This document shows, one piece after another, positions 36,801 to 50,869 of a stretch of 64,000 bases of DNA. The position numbers and the translations under genes were made by a program. The stretch lies in the NCBI GenBank assembly GCA_002189035.1, contig NEEC01000013.1, positions 2,604,001 through 2,668,000 of the forward strand. The letters are read 5' to 3'. The notes beneath the pieces are model-generated. The model was given only the letters and a program-made list of their open reading frames with translations. It made no database searches and was not told the origin of the DNA. The DNA is from Utricularia gibba (Eukaryota > Plantae > Magnoliophyta). Numbering within the stretch: the first letter of the stretch is position 1; each line of letters opens with the position of its first letter.

Positions 36801-37831
36801 TTTCTGCGTCTGTCATCTTACAATCTTTGTTGGCGCACATCTTTCCTTGTTCTTTGCCTCGCTACCTGCCATGTAGTATCTCTCTCTTTCTCTCTCTGTC
36901 CAGGTCCACACCTCTTTCTGGCTGGCCTCCCCCAACTTTAAATACATGCTTCATGCATCAATCAACTCGAGTTGGCACCTACACAACATGCATTTCAATG
37001 TAAAACCAAAAGGGTTCATATCCTCAGGGATTCGGACTAAGAAGTTGGCTCATGTGTCCGGGTTACCATGCGGGTCAGTTCCACTTTAAGGGTAGAACCT
37101 ATCCAAACAGGGATCGAGGTTGGGCTGTGAAGAACCAGACAGGTGACCCATGGATTCAAGTTGATCCCTGAACCCGAAGAGAAGATGTGGGGGTACGCAC
37201 ATGGTGTACCAGAAGGGAGTGAGTGAGATGATGAGGGGGTGGGTTCATGTGAGTGGGCTCTATCCACGACATGGAGAAGATGTGAACTAGCTGACGTGAC
37301 CAGGGACCCAACACATCAATTTGGTCCACTTGGCCCCTTGCAAGCATTGATTCATCGCATAATTGCTTATTCATAATCCCAACCAGAAGAGATCATTCCA
37401 AATCTGACACTTTCTTTGACCAAGGCAGGGCAAGAAACGAGAACAAGCTCACCAACCCATTTGATCCAAGATGATGACATGGCTGATACGTTGTCTAGAC
37501 ATCAAGGAGTAATACCAGTGCACTTTAATAAAAAAAGTGATTTCGGGATAACATGGGATAAAGTGCTCTTACTCGAAATATTAAAGTATGACGCACACAT
37601 CACTCCATACAGACACGGATGGAGATGAAAATGCAAAAACTAAGATGAAAAGGATTGCGCAATCCAGAATCAGTAGTGATATTGCTAGAGTTTAAATAAC
37701 GCCTTCCAAAGGATAATATGCGACAAGTACAAACCAGCAGTGTCAAGAAACGGGGTCCATAACATGAGACAAGCAGGGAAAGTTCCACAAGAGTAACTCT
37801 AAGAAAAGGGAAATTCGGATTCTACCAGTCC

Positions 37832-38770
37832 TTAAACGCGCTGCCTGTTCCTCTTCTTCACACCTGACTTGGCGACCTTCAGGCCTCTGTTGACAGCGCT
37901 TAGTCTAGCGAGTGCTGCTTTCTTCAGATCAGGTCTGTAATAGTTATCCGCCACCTGTGAAATCATCACATAAATCTTAAATGTGATGCTTGACTTGGTA
38001 AAAAATGCCATTGATTTACTTCATTTCTAAGAAAAGTAACCGTAATCTATATTTTGGAAGAAATATGACATTTGGAAGTTACTTCCAGCAATAACAGTTA
38101 ACAGACCGTTTGAAAACAACAAAATTTTGAATTCTAGTCTGCTCCAGTTTTCACCACTTGTAAGAGAACAGATGGATAGTTATTTAATTTTCAGCATGCG
38201 GAAAATCATTAATACACATGAATTCTACCCATAGCCATCACATAAATCGAAACTAAACGACTATCATTTGACTAATTAAATGAGATAGACCTGTCCACTT
38301 AGGAGAATATAACACAATATATCTTTTACATAATGGGAGTTTCACCTGGTTGGACACAGCCTTCGCCATTGAATGAAACTCTTTCTTCAATAGGCTCTTG
38401 TGCAGCAAACTAGATGGCTTATTCTGTTTCTTAGTCTTTGAAGTGCCAAGGAGGACAGACTGATCCTTTCCAGCTTGGATGCTAACGGTTTTCTTATTTG
38501 CCAACCCTATGGAATATCCATCACACACCCAATCATGAAGCAAGCCTCAGATACGAACTTCAGATCAGGCAAATCTTAAAAATCAAAATATATAAAAAAA
38601 AAACAGTGGGCAAACTCCAGACCAGAGTATTTATAGGAATGCAAGTTGTATAGATTGTTAGGCTCCTTGGTGAATTTGACGCTTGCAGTTCCATTCCCAA
38701 ACTCCTTAACCAAAAAGGAGTTGTTTTTCTTCACAATCTCCCAGATCAATTGACCAGGAACTGTCGCCAT
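37832..38770 (-). CDS. RPL28: 60S ribosomal protein L28 (eL28)
   Basis: Exons 38770..38623, 38506..38346, 37954..37832: [37 protein letters not shown]|LANKKTV..|[22 protein letters not shown] probable non-coding first exon lies near 39020-39110. Confidence 0.97.
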
Positions 38771-39133
38771 TTCTGTCCCACCCAAGCAAATCAGAGCACA
38801 TTCAAAAACCAACAAGAAAACAAAGTATCAATTTAACGCAAGTGCACTGGTAAAATTACCAACAGATGTATGTAACGCAGCCATCAGAAACACCAGAGTA
38901 AATACAGATTTCGAAAATGCATACAGAAATAGTTTTTCTACCCAATCATACAATTATTCTGGGAAATACCGAGAAAATACTAAAACCTCGAAACAGTTTA
39001 TCAACCAAACATTCGATTACCGTAAAGCTCTACGAACGGAGCCTGGATCACGTCGCCGGCGGCGGAAATAGAAGAGCAAAGGTGTGAAGCTCCCCAGGTG
39101 CAAAATTGCAAGCCTTTTAAGGACGATGGTATA

Positions 39134-39185
39134 AAACCCTAGTAGATGTTTCGATTTGGGCCCGGAATTCAGTTGGCCCATGTTA
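39134..39185. promoter_or_regulatory. Telo-box plus site II motifs in the RPL28/CAAX-gene divergent promoter
   Basis: AAACCCTA at 39134..39141, TGGGCC near 39157 and GGCCCA near 39175; this combination is typical of plant ribosomal protein promoters. Confidence 0.65.
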
Positions 39186-39631
39186 TTTACCCAGTACCTT
39201 ATTGTGCCCAATTCCTCCCAATGTAAGCCACGTGGCAGCCATCCCTGTAACAGTATCCGTACAGTTAAAGAAATCCATTCTGCAAATTGTGAATTGTGAA
39301 TGCTTTTATCATAATTTAGCTCAGGTGTTTAGTTTTTTAATGTTTTTTCTTTGACTTGTCCGAAACAGTGCCGACTGGCGCTTTCCACGTTATCCAGAGA
39401 ATGCAGCTCTCAACTCTAATTGGCCGAATGGATACCATTCATCTTCAAGTATGTGGCTCTGGCGCCACACAAACCAGCAAACAAATGGCAAAATAACATC
39501 GGATCCTCAAAAATCTGCAACCCAACAAACAATGCTGTGCTCTCCCACAGTCATACAGAAACTTGTTCTACGTCGTCTACACCTTGTTCCCTGATCCGAG
39601 ACCCTGTCTGTTATTTTCTGTTTCTGGGTCT

Positions 39632-41465
39632 ATGGAGATATCATTAGTCGCCAGGTTACCGAGGCCTTTGTGTGGTTGTGGTGGGTTTAGTGGCCATTCG
39701 TTGTTGCCTGAGAGGAGGAGGAAGTTTGAGGTGCTTGTGAGGGCTGAGAGTGGAGGACGCGGGGAAGTGGTGGAGAGCAAGGAGACAGACGCCGGAAGTT
39801 ACAGGGTTCGAGCCATGGAAGTGACAACATTCAATCAGAGCTTCAATGATGATGATGAGTTTCCTGTCTGGGATAAAATCGGAGCAATTGTGAGACTGGG
39901 TTATGGAATTGGTTAGCCTTTTGTTTGCCTCCCATTTTTCATGCTCTCTATATCTTTTAGTTGGTATTTGAATTGTTTTGGGCGTCTAGAGACAACAACA
40001 CATTACTTTCTCTTGCTTTATTTTGTGGTGGGTTTACTCATGCTTGTTTTATTACTTTAGGGATATACGGTGCAATGGCTCTGGCAGGAAGATTTATATG
40101 CTCAATTTCTGGAATCGACTGCAGTGGAGGGTTTGATCTATCACTGAACGCCTTTGTTGAAGGACTGGTTTATGCAGCCCCTCCAATCATGTCTCTACTG
40201 CTAATTCTAGATGTAAGGGGATCTTTGGTTGTACTCAGTGAAGAAAAATAAGCGCACAATTTATGCTGATTCATAAAAACTGAGCTTCCAATATTACAGG
40301 ATGAGGTTGTGAAGTTGTCTCCTCATGCTCGTGCTATAAGGGATGTTGAGGATGAGGAATTGAGGAGCTTCTTCTTCGGAATGTCAGCATGGCAGGTAAA
40401 TATCAAAGTTCTAAAGTTGGAGTTCCTTTGGGAGATACTGATTGCTTTTACTTTACTCTCATTTATGATGCTTCTTCTAGTCTAGTTGCCACAGCTTTAA
40501 GAAACACAGACACATAAGCTGCTCTCTTTATTTCCACGCAGTTCATGCTGATTGTAGCTGCAAGTTCAGTTGGTGAGGAACTCTTCTACCGAGCTGCAGT
40601 TCAGGTTAACTTTCTCTACAAATTCTCTTGTGGACATCTGCTTTCGTTGTTACTGAAGTTTTTGAGGCCGTTTCAGGGAGCGCTTGCAGAAATTTTCCTC
40701 AAGGGCAATGATTTGGTAGCTGATACTCGAGGAATGGCATCCGTGGTAACCATCTTCGTTGCATCATCCTGATATCGTTTCATTTTCTTAGGAAGAAGGA
40801 ACTAAGCTGGCGTTTCCTGATAATGTTACAGGCCGGCATATTGCCCCCTTTTGTTCCATTCGCTCAAGCATTTGCTGCGGTGATCACAGCAGCGCTAACC
40901 GGTTGGCTCTACTACGTTGCTGCTTCACCTAAAGGTGCGTACAATTTTCAGGGTGTGGTTGCTTAACCTTTTTGCTGAGTTCAATTGGAAATATGCGCTT
41001 CTGCAGACCCAACATACGTTGTTGCACCAGTGCTAAAGTCCCGTTCTGAGGATCTAAGAAAGCTTTTTGCTGGTAAAGTACTCATCTCTGTGATCACTTC
41101 TATGCTTGGGTCATCAGAACAAGCTTTGAATCCCGGCTGTGTCTGGTTTTGCAGCATGGTATGAAAGAAGACAGATGAAGAAGATATATTCTCCTCTGTT
41201 GGAATCACTGTTGGCTCTTTATCTTGGTTTCGAATGGATTCAGGTAAATTCAAACGATCTCTCTGATCTGGCTTTAAGCTGATTGTGAACTAGTTTCATC
41301 GTTTTGGAGCAGACCAACAACATTCTGGCCCCGATCATGACGCATGGTATTTACTCAACTGTGGTTCTGGGACACGGTCTGTGGAAGATGCAGGATCATC
41401 AGAGGAGACTGAGGCAGCGGATTCAGAAGCTGAAAGTGGATTCTAAAGCTGGGAACAGGCAATGA
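39632..41465 (+). CDS. CAAX protease self-immunity (Abi/CPBP) family protein, probably chloroplastic
   Basis: About nine exons: FPVWDKIGAIVRLGYGIG|IYGAMALAG, YAAPPIM, DEVVK.SPHARAIRDVEDEEL, ASSVGEELFYRAAVQG (EExxxR), TNNILAPIMTHGIYS. Confidence 0.88.
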
Positions 41466-41891
41466 GAAGTAGCTCCTGCCAGATTTTGTATAGAATTCAA
41501 CTACACAAACGAGTTTCCAATGGATGATTGTAAATCCCTCGAGTCCAAATGTGAAGCTCAGGATCAAATACTTGTGGAAGGATGGAAAAATGAGTGGTTC
41601 TTCTCTTGATTCTGTGAACATTGCATTGTAAACAGAGATAAAATACAGTTTTCAAGCTAAGAATACACGCATAAATTCATACAAAACTAGTTATTGTGGG
41701 CAGTCTCTTAGCTATTTGTGTACAAATGCTGGCGTTGTGGGAACAGCTACACTACTTGCAAAAAGGGAATGGGACTCACATATAACACAGAAACACAACT
41801 ACAGTACGCAGCCAGCCATGAAGTTCATGGATCTCATGATACCGAGCTTCTTAAATATGCCAGGCTCATGTTCAGCTTCTTTCTCTACTGG

Positions 41892-43910
41892 CTATTGGTT
41901 ATCTGAAATTTTCGATATCAGTGCCATTCGAAGCTGATCTGATGAGAAGAGCCGGCCTTCCATCTTCACGGTTGCCTGTTGGATCATCAGCTCATTAACC
42001 ACTGATACACTGGCATGATGGACATCCAATTCTAGCTCTTTCAGCGCAACCATTAGCTTTGCTGCTGGATGATTCTTCCTGCTGCATTGAACCTGAATCA
42101 TGGCATCCCTTCCGATGATCTTGATCTCAATATTGACATTCACATTCATGGTTCCAGCTCCATCCTGGTTTGCTTGCTGCTGCTGCTTTGGATTCTCTAG
42201 ATGGGGAGGAGCTGCGTGCCTTGTCTCTTTAGAGGAGAGCTCCTTCTTCAACCCCTCCAACTGAGCTCTCATATCCTCCTTGTCCGAATCTGAACTCTGT
42301 AGCTTGGATTTCAGCTCATTGATATACGCGATGGCATCCCCCAGAAGGGATGCTTTGTCCATCTTGGAAACATTTGGAACCACAGCTCTGAGGGCGTAGA
42401 ACCTCTGATTCAGCTTCTCCCTTCTCTGCCTCTCAGCCTCAACATGGTTCAGAGGCTCCTCCCGGCCGTTTGCCGGCTTTCTACCACGCTTACGGGGCCG
42501 TTTTTGTGGGTCAACTACACTGCTACTTGCCACCTCTTTCACAACGGAAGCTTCGAGATCAGAATGATCGGATTCTACACCAAAGCTTAGGTCTGTTTTT
42601 AGTATCCCTGAAGGAGGGACAACCACCCCAGAAGTGAAAGAGAGTAGTCCTTCCTCGTTGCTGCCTCTCGATGTTGGAGACTTTTTCTTGTTAGCGGTGG
42701 TGTTGTCAACTTTGACGCCATACAAATTCCCATTTCCGATGGAAACAGTCATCTTTGTACTCTCCCCAAAATTCAATATTTCCGCAGATTCCCGTTTACA
42801 CGTTATGTTATTCCTTGCACCGCTCCTGAAGTCGGAAAAATTCAATTCTCTGGTAGGAAACGCCTGATTCGAATTCTCGGTCACGGCGCTGCAACTGGGA
42901 TTTTCATTCCCGAAAGGCATTTGTTTGTCTGGAACCGGAACTGGAGCTGGAGCTGGGGCTTGAGCGGCACTGGGAACTGTGCTTCCATTACCACTCGCTG
43001 GATTTAGAGTGTTAGTATTATCAATCAACGGAGGCTGCTCTGTGAGCCAAGCGGCGGCGGGGTCACCGTCGGCGAAGCCCCATGAACCCGACCCACTTCC
43101 AGAACCTGCTTCAGCTCCATTAAAATTGAACAAAAATCTCACCTTTTTCATCAGATCCAGTCGCTGGAAAATCACGTCTGTTGAACCGAGCTCTACAACA
43201 CCATTTGAGGCAGGGATACACACTAGCGTCTGGAGACCGTGCCCAAGAGCTTGACGAGCCCGATTGCAAGTCGATTCCGCAAGCCGCTCAGGGCCGGTGA
43301 CCCAAACAGGGCTAGAGGTATACAGAACCTGACCCGGAGTCCCAAAACCAGCTGGGAATGACTGCGTCATCGAAATCAGGAAGAACCATTCAGTATCAGT
43401 AACTTCTTCATCGACTGCATCATCCGGAGACCCTTGATTCCCTGAAACCAATGAATTCAACTCTCTAAGCACTTTTTTTCTATGCTCCTGCTCCGACGGC
43501 GACGACGCCGTTTTCCGCTTCCCTTTATCCTCTTCCCCCTTATAATATCCATCTCCCCAGGTTAGCACAGGCGGCATAGCGAAGTCAGCAACCGACGCCT
43601 GCCAAAAAATCGCATATGTCCAAGCTTCACGAGCTCCCTCAATCAAAGCGAGGAGTCTCTGCTGAAGAGTTTCTTGAGTGAACATCGCCGACGCCGGCGC
43701 AGCTCTAGCGTTATCCGGCAGCGGAGAAGGGATACCAAACTGTTGATCAGCAGCCCAAAAGGAACCCAGATCGGAAGCGGAGCCCATCAGCGTGTCCATC
43801 ATTTCGGAATCCCCATCTGTCGGCGGCGCCGCCATCTCCCTATCATTCCCAGGCCATGTATTCATCGACCCAGAGTCCTGAAACGACGCCGGAATCCTAT
43901 AATCGATCAT
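41892..43910 (-). CDS. MYC2: MYC2-like bHLH transcription factor (subgroup IIIe, jasmonate signalling), intronless
   Basis: 672-aa ORF with JAZ-interaction domain [33 protein letters not shown], b[42 protein letters not shown] and a C-terminal ACT-like domain. Confidence 0.95.
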   Translation of the reverse strand: MIDYRIPASFQDSGSMNTWPGNDREMAAPPTDGDSEMMDTLMGSASDLGSFWAADQQFGIPSPLPDNARAAPASAMFTQETLQQRLLALIEGAREAWTYAIFWQASVADFAMPPVLTWGDGYYKGEEDKGKRKTASSPSEQEHRKKVLRELNSLVSGNQGSPDDAVDEEVTDTEWFFLISMTQSFPAGFGTPGQVLYTSSPVWVTGPERLAESTCNRARQALGHGLQTLVCIPASNGVVELGSTDVIFQRLDLMKKVRFLFNFNGAEAGSGSGSGSWGFADGDPAAAWLTEQPPLIDNTNTLNPASGNGSTVPSAAQAPAPAPVPVPDKQMPFGNENPSCSAVTENSNQAFPTRELNFSDFRSGARNNITCKRESAEILNFGESTKMTVSIGNGNLYGVKVDNTTANKKKSPTSRGSNEEGLLSFTSGVVVPPSGILKTDLSFGVESDHSDLEASVVKEVASSSVVDPQKRPRKRGRKPANGREEPLNHVEAERQRREKLNQRFYALRAVVPNVSKMDKASLLGDAIAYINELKSKLQSSDSDKEDMRAQLEGLKKELSSKETRHAAPPHLENPKQQQQANQDGAGTMNVNVNIEIKIIGRDAMIQVQCSRKNHPAAKLMVALKELELDVHHASVSVVNELMIQQATVKMEGRLFSSDQLRMALISKISDNQ

Positions 43911-46172
43911 CCCACAGAAATTAGAGCAAAAATAGAAACCGGGAGGCAGATCGACGCTAGCCCGAAAAAGAATCCCGCAGAAGAGAAAATAGAAAAGAGA
44001 TATATTGCGACGGCGTGACGGCTGAGTGTAGGTAGAGAAGAGATAAGCTTCGCGCGTGTCTGAGACCCATTTCGGATTTATTTAGTGTGAATTTCATCTG
44101 AATTTGGTGAGTACACGTCATCCAGCCATGATTGGTTGCCTTTCTCGCCCCCTCTCTCTCCCCCAATAAATGGACGGCCTCGATGCGTTTCCGCCAACCT
44201 AAATAAATAAATTTACTGTTATTATTATTATTAATTAACATGTTTTTCGAACATTTTTAGTAATAAATAACTATAACAAGATTCAAGTATACTCCTATAA
44301 TATGATAAATTTTAAAATAAAATAAAATATACAATAAATATAATTATTTAAAAAAATGTATGACGTTATAGAGTAGATGGATATGTTGGTGCCTGCGTGA
44401 ATGCGATGGTGAAACCCCAGAAAATCAATCCCTGGGATCGGGCCCCACCATATCCGATGGTGACGTAAATAAATTATTTTGTATCTAATGAGCGGAAAAT
44501 CATAAAAAATTTGTCAATATGAATTTTAAAATCTTTATAATAAAAAATTGTAGGCCCAAAATTGGTAACTAAAAAACAAAAAAAAAGATACGAATTTTTT
44601 TTTCTTTTTTCTTTTAACGGTCGAGCAAGATATGCTTGTTTTCCGACCATCTGTCTATAAATGGCAGAAATTTAAAAAAAATAAAGAGTTTAGAAAATAT
44701 TTATTTTTATAGTATAGTTATAATACTTTAAATCTCATTTAATTCAAAAATCATAAATAAAATATAGGATAAATAAATTCTATTTTAGAACAGTGATTCT
44801 AAGAATCTATTTGGAATATCTCATGTGTTCATCAAAATATTTCAAAAATATTTTTTTATTAAACAACACATGAATTTAAAAGCATTTTTAATGCTGAAAA
44901 AGTTTCATAAATTCAATTTTTACCTTATTATAAATGTTTCCCAAGTTATTTTTCCTATCAAATGTAATAAATTTCATTTAAGTAGAAAAGTATCCAACGT
45001 TCAATATCAAATTTAATGGTTCTCAATTACTTCATACATAACTTATCGTCTATACAAAAAAAAAATCTTATTCAAATGAAAAGGAGTCATGATGTAAATC
45101 TAATTTCACGAATATAATTATTCAAAATAAAAAATAATAATAATAATTTTAAATGAAGGTAAAGTATTTATTGAACAACATAAACATTTTCTTGGAATAT
45201 GATGCTCGAGGAAAATCGAAAATAATTTAGGTGAATACAAATAGAAGAAGAAGAGATTAATTAAAATAATTATATAAATCCTGTATGTGATTTTTTTTTT
45301 CAATATGGTGGAGTATCCTTACTAGTAACTCCAAAATTAAACATGATAGGCCTAGAATAAAGTGGAAATGACTTCTGAAAATATAGATAAAGAATAGAAA
45401 AACGTAAAATCATGAAAATTAAATACTTCAAATAAATAATATCTGACGTTATTTTATAAAATTATAAATAATAATAACCAACTATGATTTACTTATTGAT
45501 AATTTATTTATTAAGAACTTTTTTTGTGGACGTTTTTTTTTTACAAAAAAAGAAAATCTGATGACTTGAATACAGGGGATCATGGTATTGATTTGGATAT
45601 CTGAATGATCAATATACCATCTCATTGATCAAAGACATAACACACACGTGGGGTCCATGTCACAATTTATTTTGAAATGGGGTCCATGTAATAAATAAAT
45701 AAATAATGAGCGAGAGGTAAAAATCCCCGCAATTTTCCAGGTGTGTAATTAGAAGTATTTGTCTGAATTCAGACACTGTGTTGGGTCGTGTGGTGTAAGT
45801 GTAATTAGGAATGGAAGTAGGTGTTGGTTATGGCGAAGTGGGCTTTGACCCAGAGACAGCGGGCAGCATGAGTGCAGTCTCACATGGTTTCCCATTAAAA
45901 AATTCTCTGTTGTTCTGTAGAGTGTTGCCGGTGCGGTGCGGTGCGGGGTGCCCTCTTGAAGCAGCTGTCTCCGCCGAGATTCGTAGCTGCTCTAGATTTC
46001 GGCTGCTTCTTAATTCCACCAAAGTCTTCTTTCGCACCCTTGTTAACTGCTAATCAAACGGATCTTCAACTTCAACTCCCCCATTACGCGCATTTTCTCA
46101 ACTCTATCTTCTGATTTGCCGCCGTCCTCGGATTCTTCTGGGCCGCCGCCGCCGTCGCCGCTCGTCTCCAAG

Positions 46173-49100
46173 ATGTCGGATTCCGGGAAGGGGGAGGCCG
46201 CGTCGGAGAGGGCGGCCTACCTCCATGGAGACCTCGACCTCAGAATCATCGAGGCGCGTCAACTGCCGAATATGGATATGCTCTCGGAGCATCTCCGCCG
46301 CTGCTTTACGGCGTGCACGAAGCCGTGTGCCTCCAATGGAACCCACGAGCACGAGCATCACCGAAAAATCATCACTAGCGATCCGTATGTGACGGTCTGC
46401 GTCGGTGACGCCCGTGTGGCTCGGACTCGGGTCATACCCAATTCGCAGAACCCAGTTTGGGATGAGCATCTCAAGATCCCTTTGGCCCATCCAGTTTCTC
46501 AGGTCATTAAATGAGGATTTAGATTCCGAATCCCATAATTTAGTGTAAACATGTTCCTACTTTTTTGTAAAGGAAAAAGTGTTGTTTGACAGGAATTCTT
46601 CCTTTTCTGAATTGTCGTTTAACGTCTTTGTAAAAATGGAAACTTTTGACTCCCATTTTTTGATTGATTCTTCAGGTGGAGTTTCATGTTAAAGACGATG
46701 ACAGATTTGGAGCGCAGCTCATTGGCATTGCTACTGTTCCAGCGAAGAGAATCGCTACTGGGGAGCCAATAGATGAGTGGTTTCAGTTGCTTGGATCAAA
46801 TGGGAATCCTCCAAAACCTCAAACAGCTATCAAGCTGCAATTGAAATTCACTCCATGCGACAAAAATCCGACCTTTCTAAATGGAATTTCAGAGAACTAC
46901 CAGTTGCAAGAGAGCTACTTTCCAGGGCGTCACGGTGGAAAAGTAACATTGTATCAGGATGCACATGTGATGGATGGAATGCTACCTGAAATTCAGTTGG
47001 ATAATGGGAGAAATTTTGAGCACGAGAAGTTATGGGAGGACATTTGCCATGCAATTTTGGAGGCTCATCACTTAGTATATATTGTGGGGTGGTCAGTTTA
47101 TCATAAAGTGAAACTTGTGAGGGAGCCTACAAAACCTCTGCCAAATGGTGGTGACTTGAACTTGGGGGAGCTGCTCAAGTACAAGTCTCAAGAAGGGGTG
47201 AGAGTGCTCCTTTTGGTCTGGGATGATAAGACTTCACATAACAAGTTCTTCATTAAAACGGTAACGTTGTTTCAGCTCCGTTTTCATATTCATTGATTTG
47301 TTATTTCGTTGTTACTCTTGATGCTCATGTCATTTGAAAGTATATTCTCCCATTAAATGAAATGGGGAATCTTTGTCATGCTGGTTGTTCATATTCCTCG
47401 TATTTCGTGTTAGTTGTTATCATATTGTCCAGGTATTGCTTGGATTTTCGGGAATTCTTATTCATTGGTTGTTTTTTTTTTTTCTCTTTTTCTTGATACA
47501 GGATGGAGTGATGGCAACTCATGATGAAGATACTCGGAAGTTTTTTAAGCATTCTTCGGTTATATGCACTCTGTCCCCTCGTTATGCGAGCAGCAAGCTC
47601 AGCCTTTTCAGGCAGCAGGCAAGCTTAATTTATTGAACAAATTCCAAAAGAAATCTTGAAGATCCTTTCTTGTCTTCTTATTAGTATCGCATCTGTAAAT
47701 TTCTCTTTTTACCGTCCATATCCTGGCTGATGAATGCTCTATCTTCTCTGTTGTGTGAAATTCAGGTTGTTGGAACTCTTTTTACTCACCATCAGAAATG
47801 TGTGATTGTGGACTCCCAAGGCCATGGCAACTTCCGGAAAATAACTGCATTCGTTGGTGGTCTAGACCTGTGTGATGGGCGGTATGATACACCTGAGCAT
47901 CGCCTTTTTCGTGACCTTGACACCGTCTTCAAGGATGACTTTCACAATCCCACATTTCCTGTAAGACACCTTCTAACTCTGTAACTCTCAGTGAAAGTAT
48001 TCATTCATTAGTATTGTGATGGGGGCACTCTCCTGATTTGTTTCTCTGTTTGTTTCTCATTAGCCCGGCAAGAAAGCCCCGAGGCAACCTTGGCATGATT
48101 TGCACTGCAAAATTGAAGGACCATCTGCCTACGACGTGCTCCTGAACTTTGAGCAACGTTGGAGAAAAGCCACAAAATGGTCTGAATTTGGAGAAAAGTT
48201 CAAGAAAATTTCACGGTGGCATGAGGATGCACTTATTAAGATAGAACGCATTTCGTGGATAAGAAGTCCTTCTGCAGATGTTCCAAATGATCATCCCTCT
48301 TTGTGGGTTTCAGATGAAAAGGATCCTGAAAATTGGCATGTCCAGGTTGATAATGTTGTTCCATTTTTTTTTATTGGAGCCTTTCATACAGAAAGGCCTC
48401 AAACCAAAACCTTGGCTGGTTTTCTTTTGTAAACAGGTCTTCCGGTCCATTGATTCCGGATCAGTGAAAGGCTTTCCTAGAACTACCCAAGCAGCTGAAG
48501 AACAGGTGGAGTTTTTTCTGATTTTCTTATCATCCTCTGTTCGACTTAGTCTGGCTTTAACTTCTCAAATTCTCTTTTCTTGCAGCATCTTATATGTTCT
48601 AAACGTATAGTGGTAGACCGGAGTATTCAAATGGCTTATGTAGAGGCTATAAGATCTGCTCAGCATTATATATACATAGAGAATCAGTACTTCATTGGAT
48701 CAGCTTTTGCTTGGCCTGGCTATAGGAACTCTGGTACACGTTCTTCTTGGTTAACTCCTGCTCTTGTAACTGACTATCAGCCACTCCCTTTGACTCCGGT
48801 GACTGTTTTTCAGGAGCCGACAATTTAATTCCTGTAGAACTTGCTTTGAAGATTGCCAACAAAATAAAAGCAAACGAAAGATTTGCTGTTTATGTTGTTA
48901 TCCCCATGTGGCCAGAGGGAGTTCCCACCGCTGGCTCCGTGCAAGAAATACTCTATTGGCAGGTTAGCATTAGCAATGATCTATTGGATTATAAACACAA
49001 GTGAGCTAAAGTAGTGATTTTACACCTGTGTAGAGTCAAACAATGCAAATGATGTATGAAATCATAGCTCAAGAACTCAAGTCTTCCCATCTTGAGAATG

Positions 49101-49947
49101 CGCATCCAACTGACTACCTGAACTTCTACTGTCTGGGCAACAGAGAGAAATGCAATGACCAAGAGCCGAGAGCAGATGGTCAAACTGCAGCCAACGGCGC
49201 TGAAGTGTGTAATTTTTAGTGTCATCACTTCCTCATTTTCTTCACAGGAATCTGACTGCATGCATCACCTTCCAGGATACAGACTCCAAAAAATTTGGAA
49301 GATTCATGATATACGTTCATGCCAAGGGAATGGTTGTGGATGATCAATATGTGATCATTGGTTCTGCCAACATTAACCAGCGGTCTATGGCTGGTTCAAG
49401 AGATACAGAGATTGCCATGGGCGCTTATCAACCTCATTACACTTGGAACAAGAAAAAAAGTCACCCTTGTGGCCAGGTTTGTAAATATTGCATAGTGCTT
49501 TACTGGTAATATTTATCATGTGCGTGCTTTGCATATAAGTTTGATACTATAGGCACTTCTTTTTGGTACAAGCACAATAAGCTGTGGAATGCTTACTTCC
49601 CATGAATCACAACTAGAAAATTCAAGGACCTGATATTACTGAGAAATCCACAGGTGTATGGCTACAGAATGTCCCTTTGGGCTGAACATATAGGAAAAGT
49701 GGAAGACTGCTTCAGGGATCCAGAAGACTTGAACTGTGTTAGGTATGTAAACTCTGTTGCAGAAGATAACTGGAAACGCTTTACTGCGGAGACATTCGCT
49801 CCATTACAAGGACACATTCTCAAGTATCCAGTTGAGGTTAGCCTCGAAGGAAAAGTGGGACCTTTGCCGGGGTATGAAAACTTCCCTGATGTTGGTGGTA
49901 AGATTGTGGGATCTGCCACCGGCCTGCCTGATGCATTAACTACATGA
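46173..49947 (+). CDS. PLDDELTA: Phospholipase D delta
   Basis: Eleven exons: C2 domain [29 protein letters not shown]1 [36 protein letters not shown]2 [33 protein letters not shown]. Intron 3 is GC-AG. Confidence 0.95.
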
Positions 49948-50869
49948 AGGGGTGCTTGTTGGTTATCTGTGTCATAGGTTAGCAGCATTGGTTGCTGTTT
50001 GTTGCATAGGAGTGGAACAAGAACCAGAACTATCCGGCATTTGCTTCCTTTTGTGTGTTGTATCCTTGTATTGTATCACATAGTGTCTTCTTCACATCTT
50101 TTTGGTACACAACGAGGCTGTAGCAGGGAGAGTCTACCCCAAAATACGTACAAAACAAGGGGATACTGCGACAAAGAAGATAAAAACTAATTCCAAAGGG
50201 AATTGCAACACATTATCAGTAATATCATGCAACCTTGCCAATAGATTAGATGCTTGATTTAAATGAGACTCAATCAGAGAAGCAGTGGGGCTTGTGGGTA
50301 TCGGATTCATTACTTTATGGTGGATCCAAATTCCAAAGCTTGGTAGATCCCAGCTTCCGATTCAGAGAGGAACAATTATCACTGAGACTTTATTTAGGGT
50401 TCTTAATCAGAGAAACTGATTATGCCCTCAGTGTTTCCAACTAGGTTTTCAAACCAAAAGATGTTCTTTGTTAAGGTATAGAACGGAATAAGTGGCTAAG
50501 GAAAGAGGGCAGGGCATGATCAAAGCCCAGTGGCATTTCCTGGCAATGACAGTTGATTTTGAAGAGATGTGAACAGGGAGAACATATGAATGAGGAGGCA
50601 ACTTCTTTTTTATGTGGAAGTGAGTTGACAAGGGCATCTTGATCCATCTTCTTCTGGTTGGGGCCGGGCATGGAGGCTGAGTTCATCCAAGGATAAGAAC
50701 GAGAAAAACCACCCAGATGTACATCTCCCCCACCCCACTCACCCACCGAACCTGCGCTGCTGTCAACTTCTCTCCCTGTTTGCTTTCTTCGATCACTTCC
50801 CACGCTCACCTTTCCTTCTCCCTTCACACTTTTCTATCCCCTTCTGTTGAACAACACCCATTTCTCGAA

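Noticed and set aside
37020-37330. Possible DNA-transposon remnant with GGGTC/ACCCG-type motifs (also 31860..32070)
   Set aside because: No terminal inverted repeats, target-site duplication or transposase-like translation could be identified.
41892-49947. MYC2 plus PLD-delta as a jasmonate/lipid-signalling gene cluster; OGG1 plus XPF as a DNA-repair cluster
   Set aside because: Adjacency is adequately explained by ancestral synteny and high gene density; nothing in the sequence shows co-regulation.
50449-50827. 118-aa minus-strand ORF upstream of PLATZ
   Set aside because: It overlaps the pyrimidine-rich PLATZ leader/promoter and has no recognisable motif or splice support.
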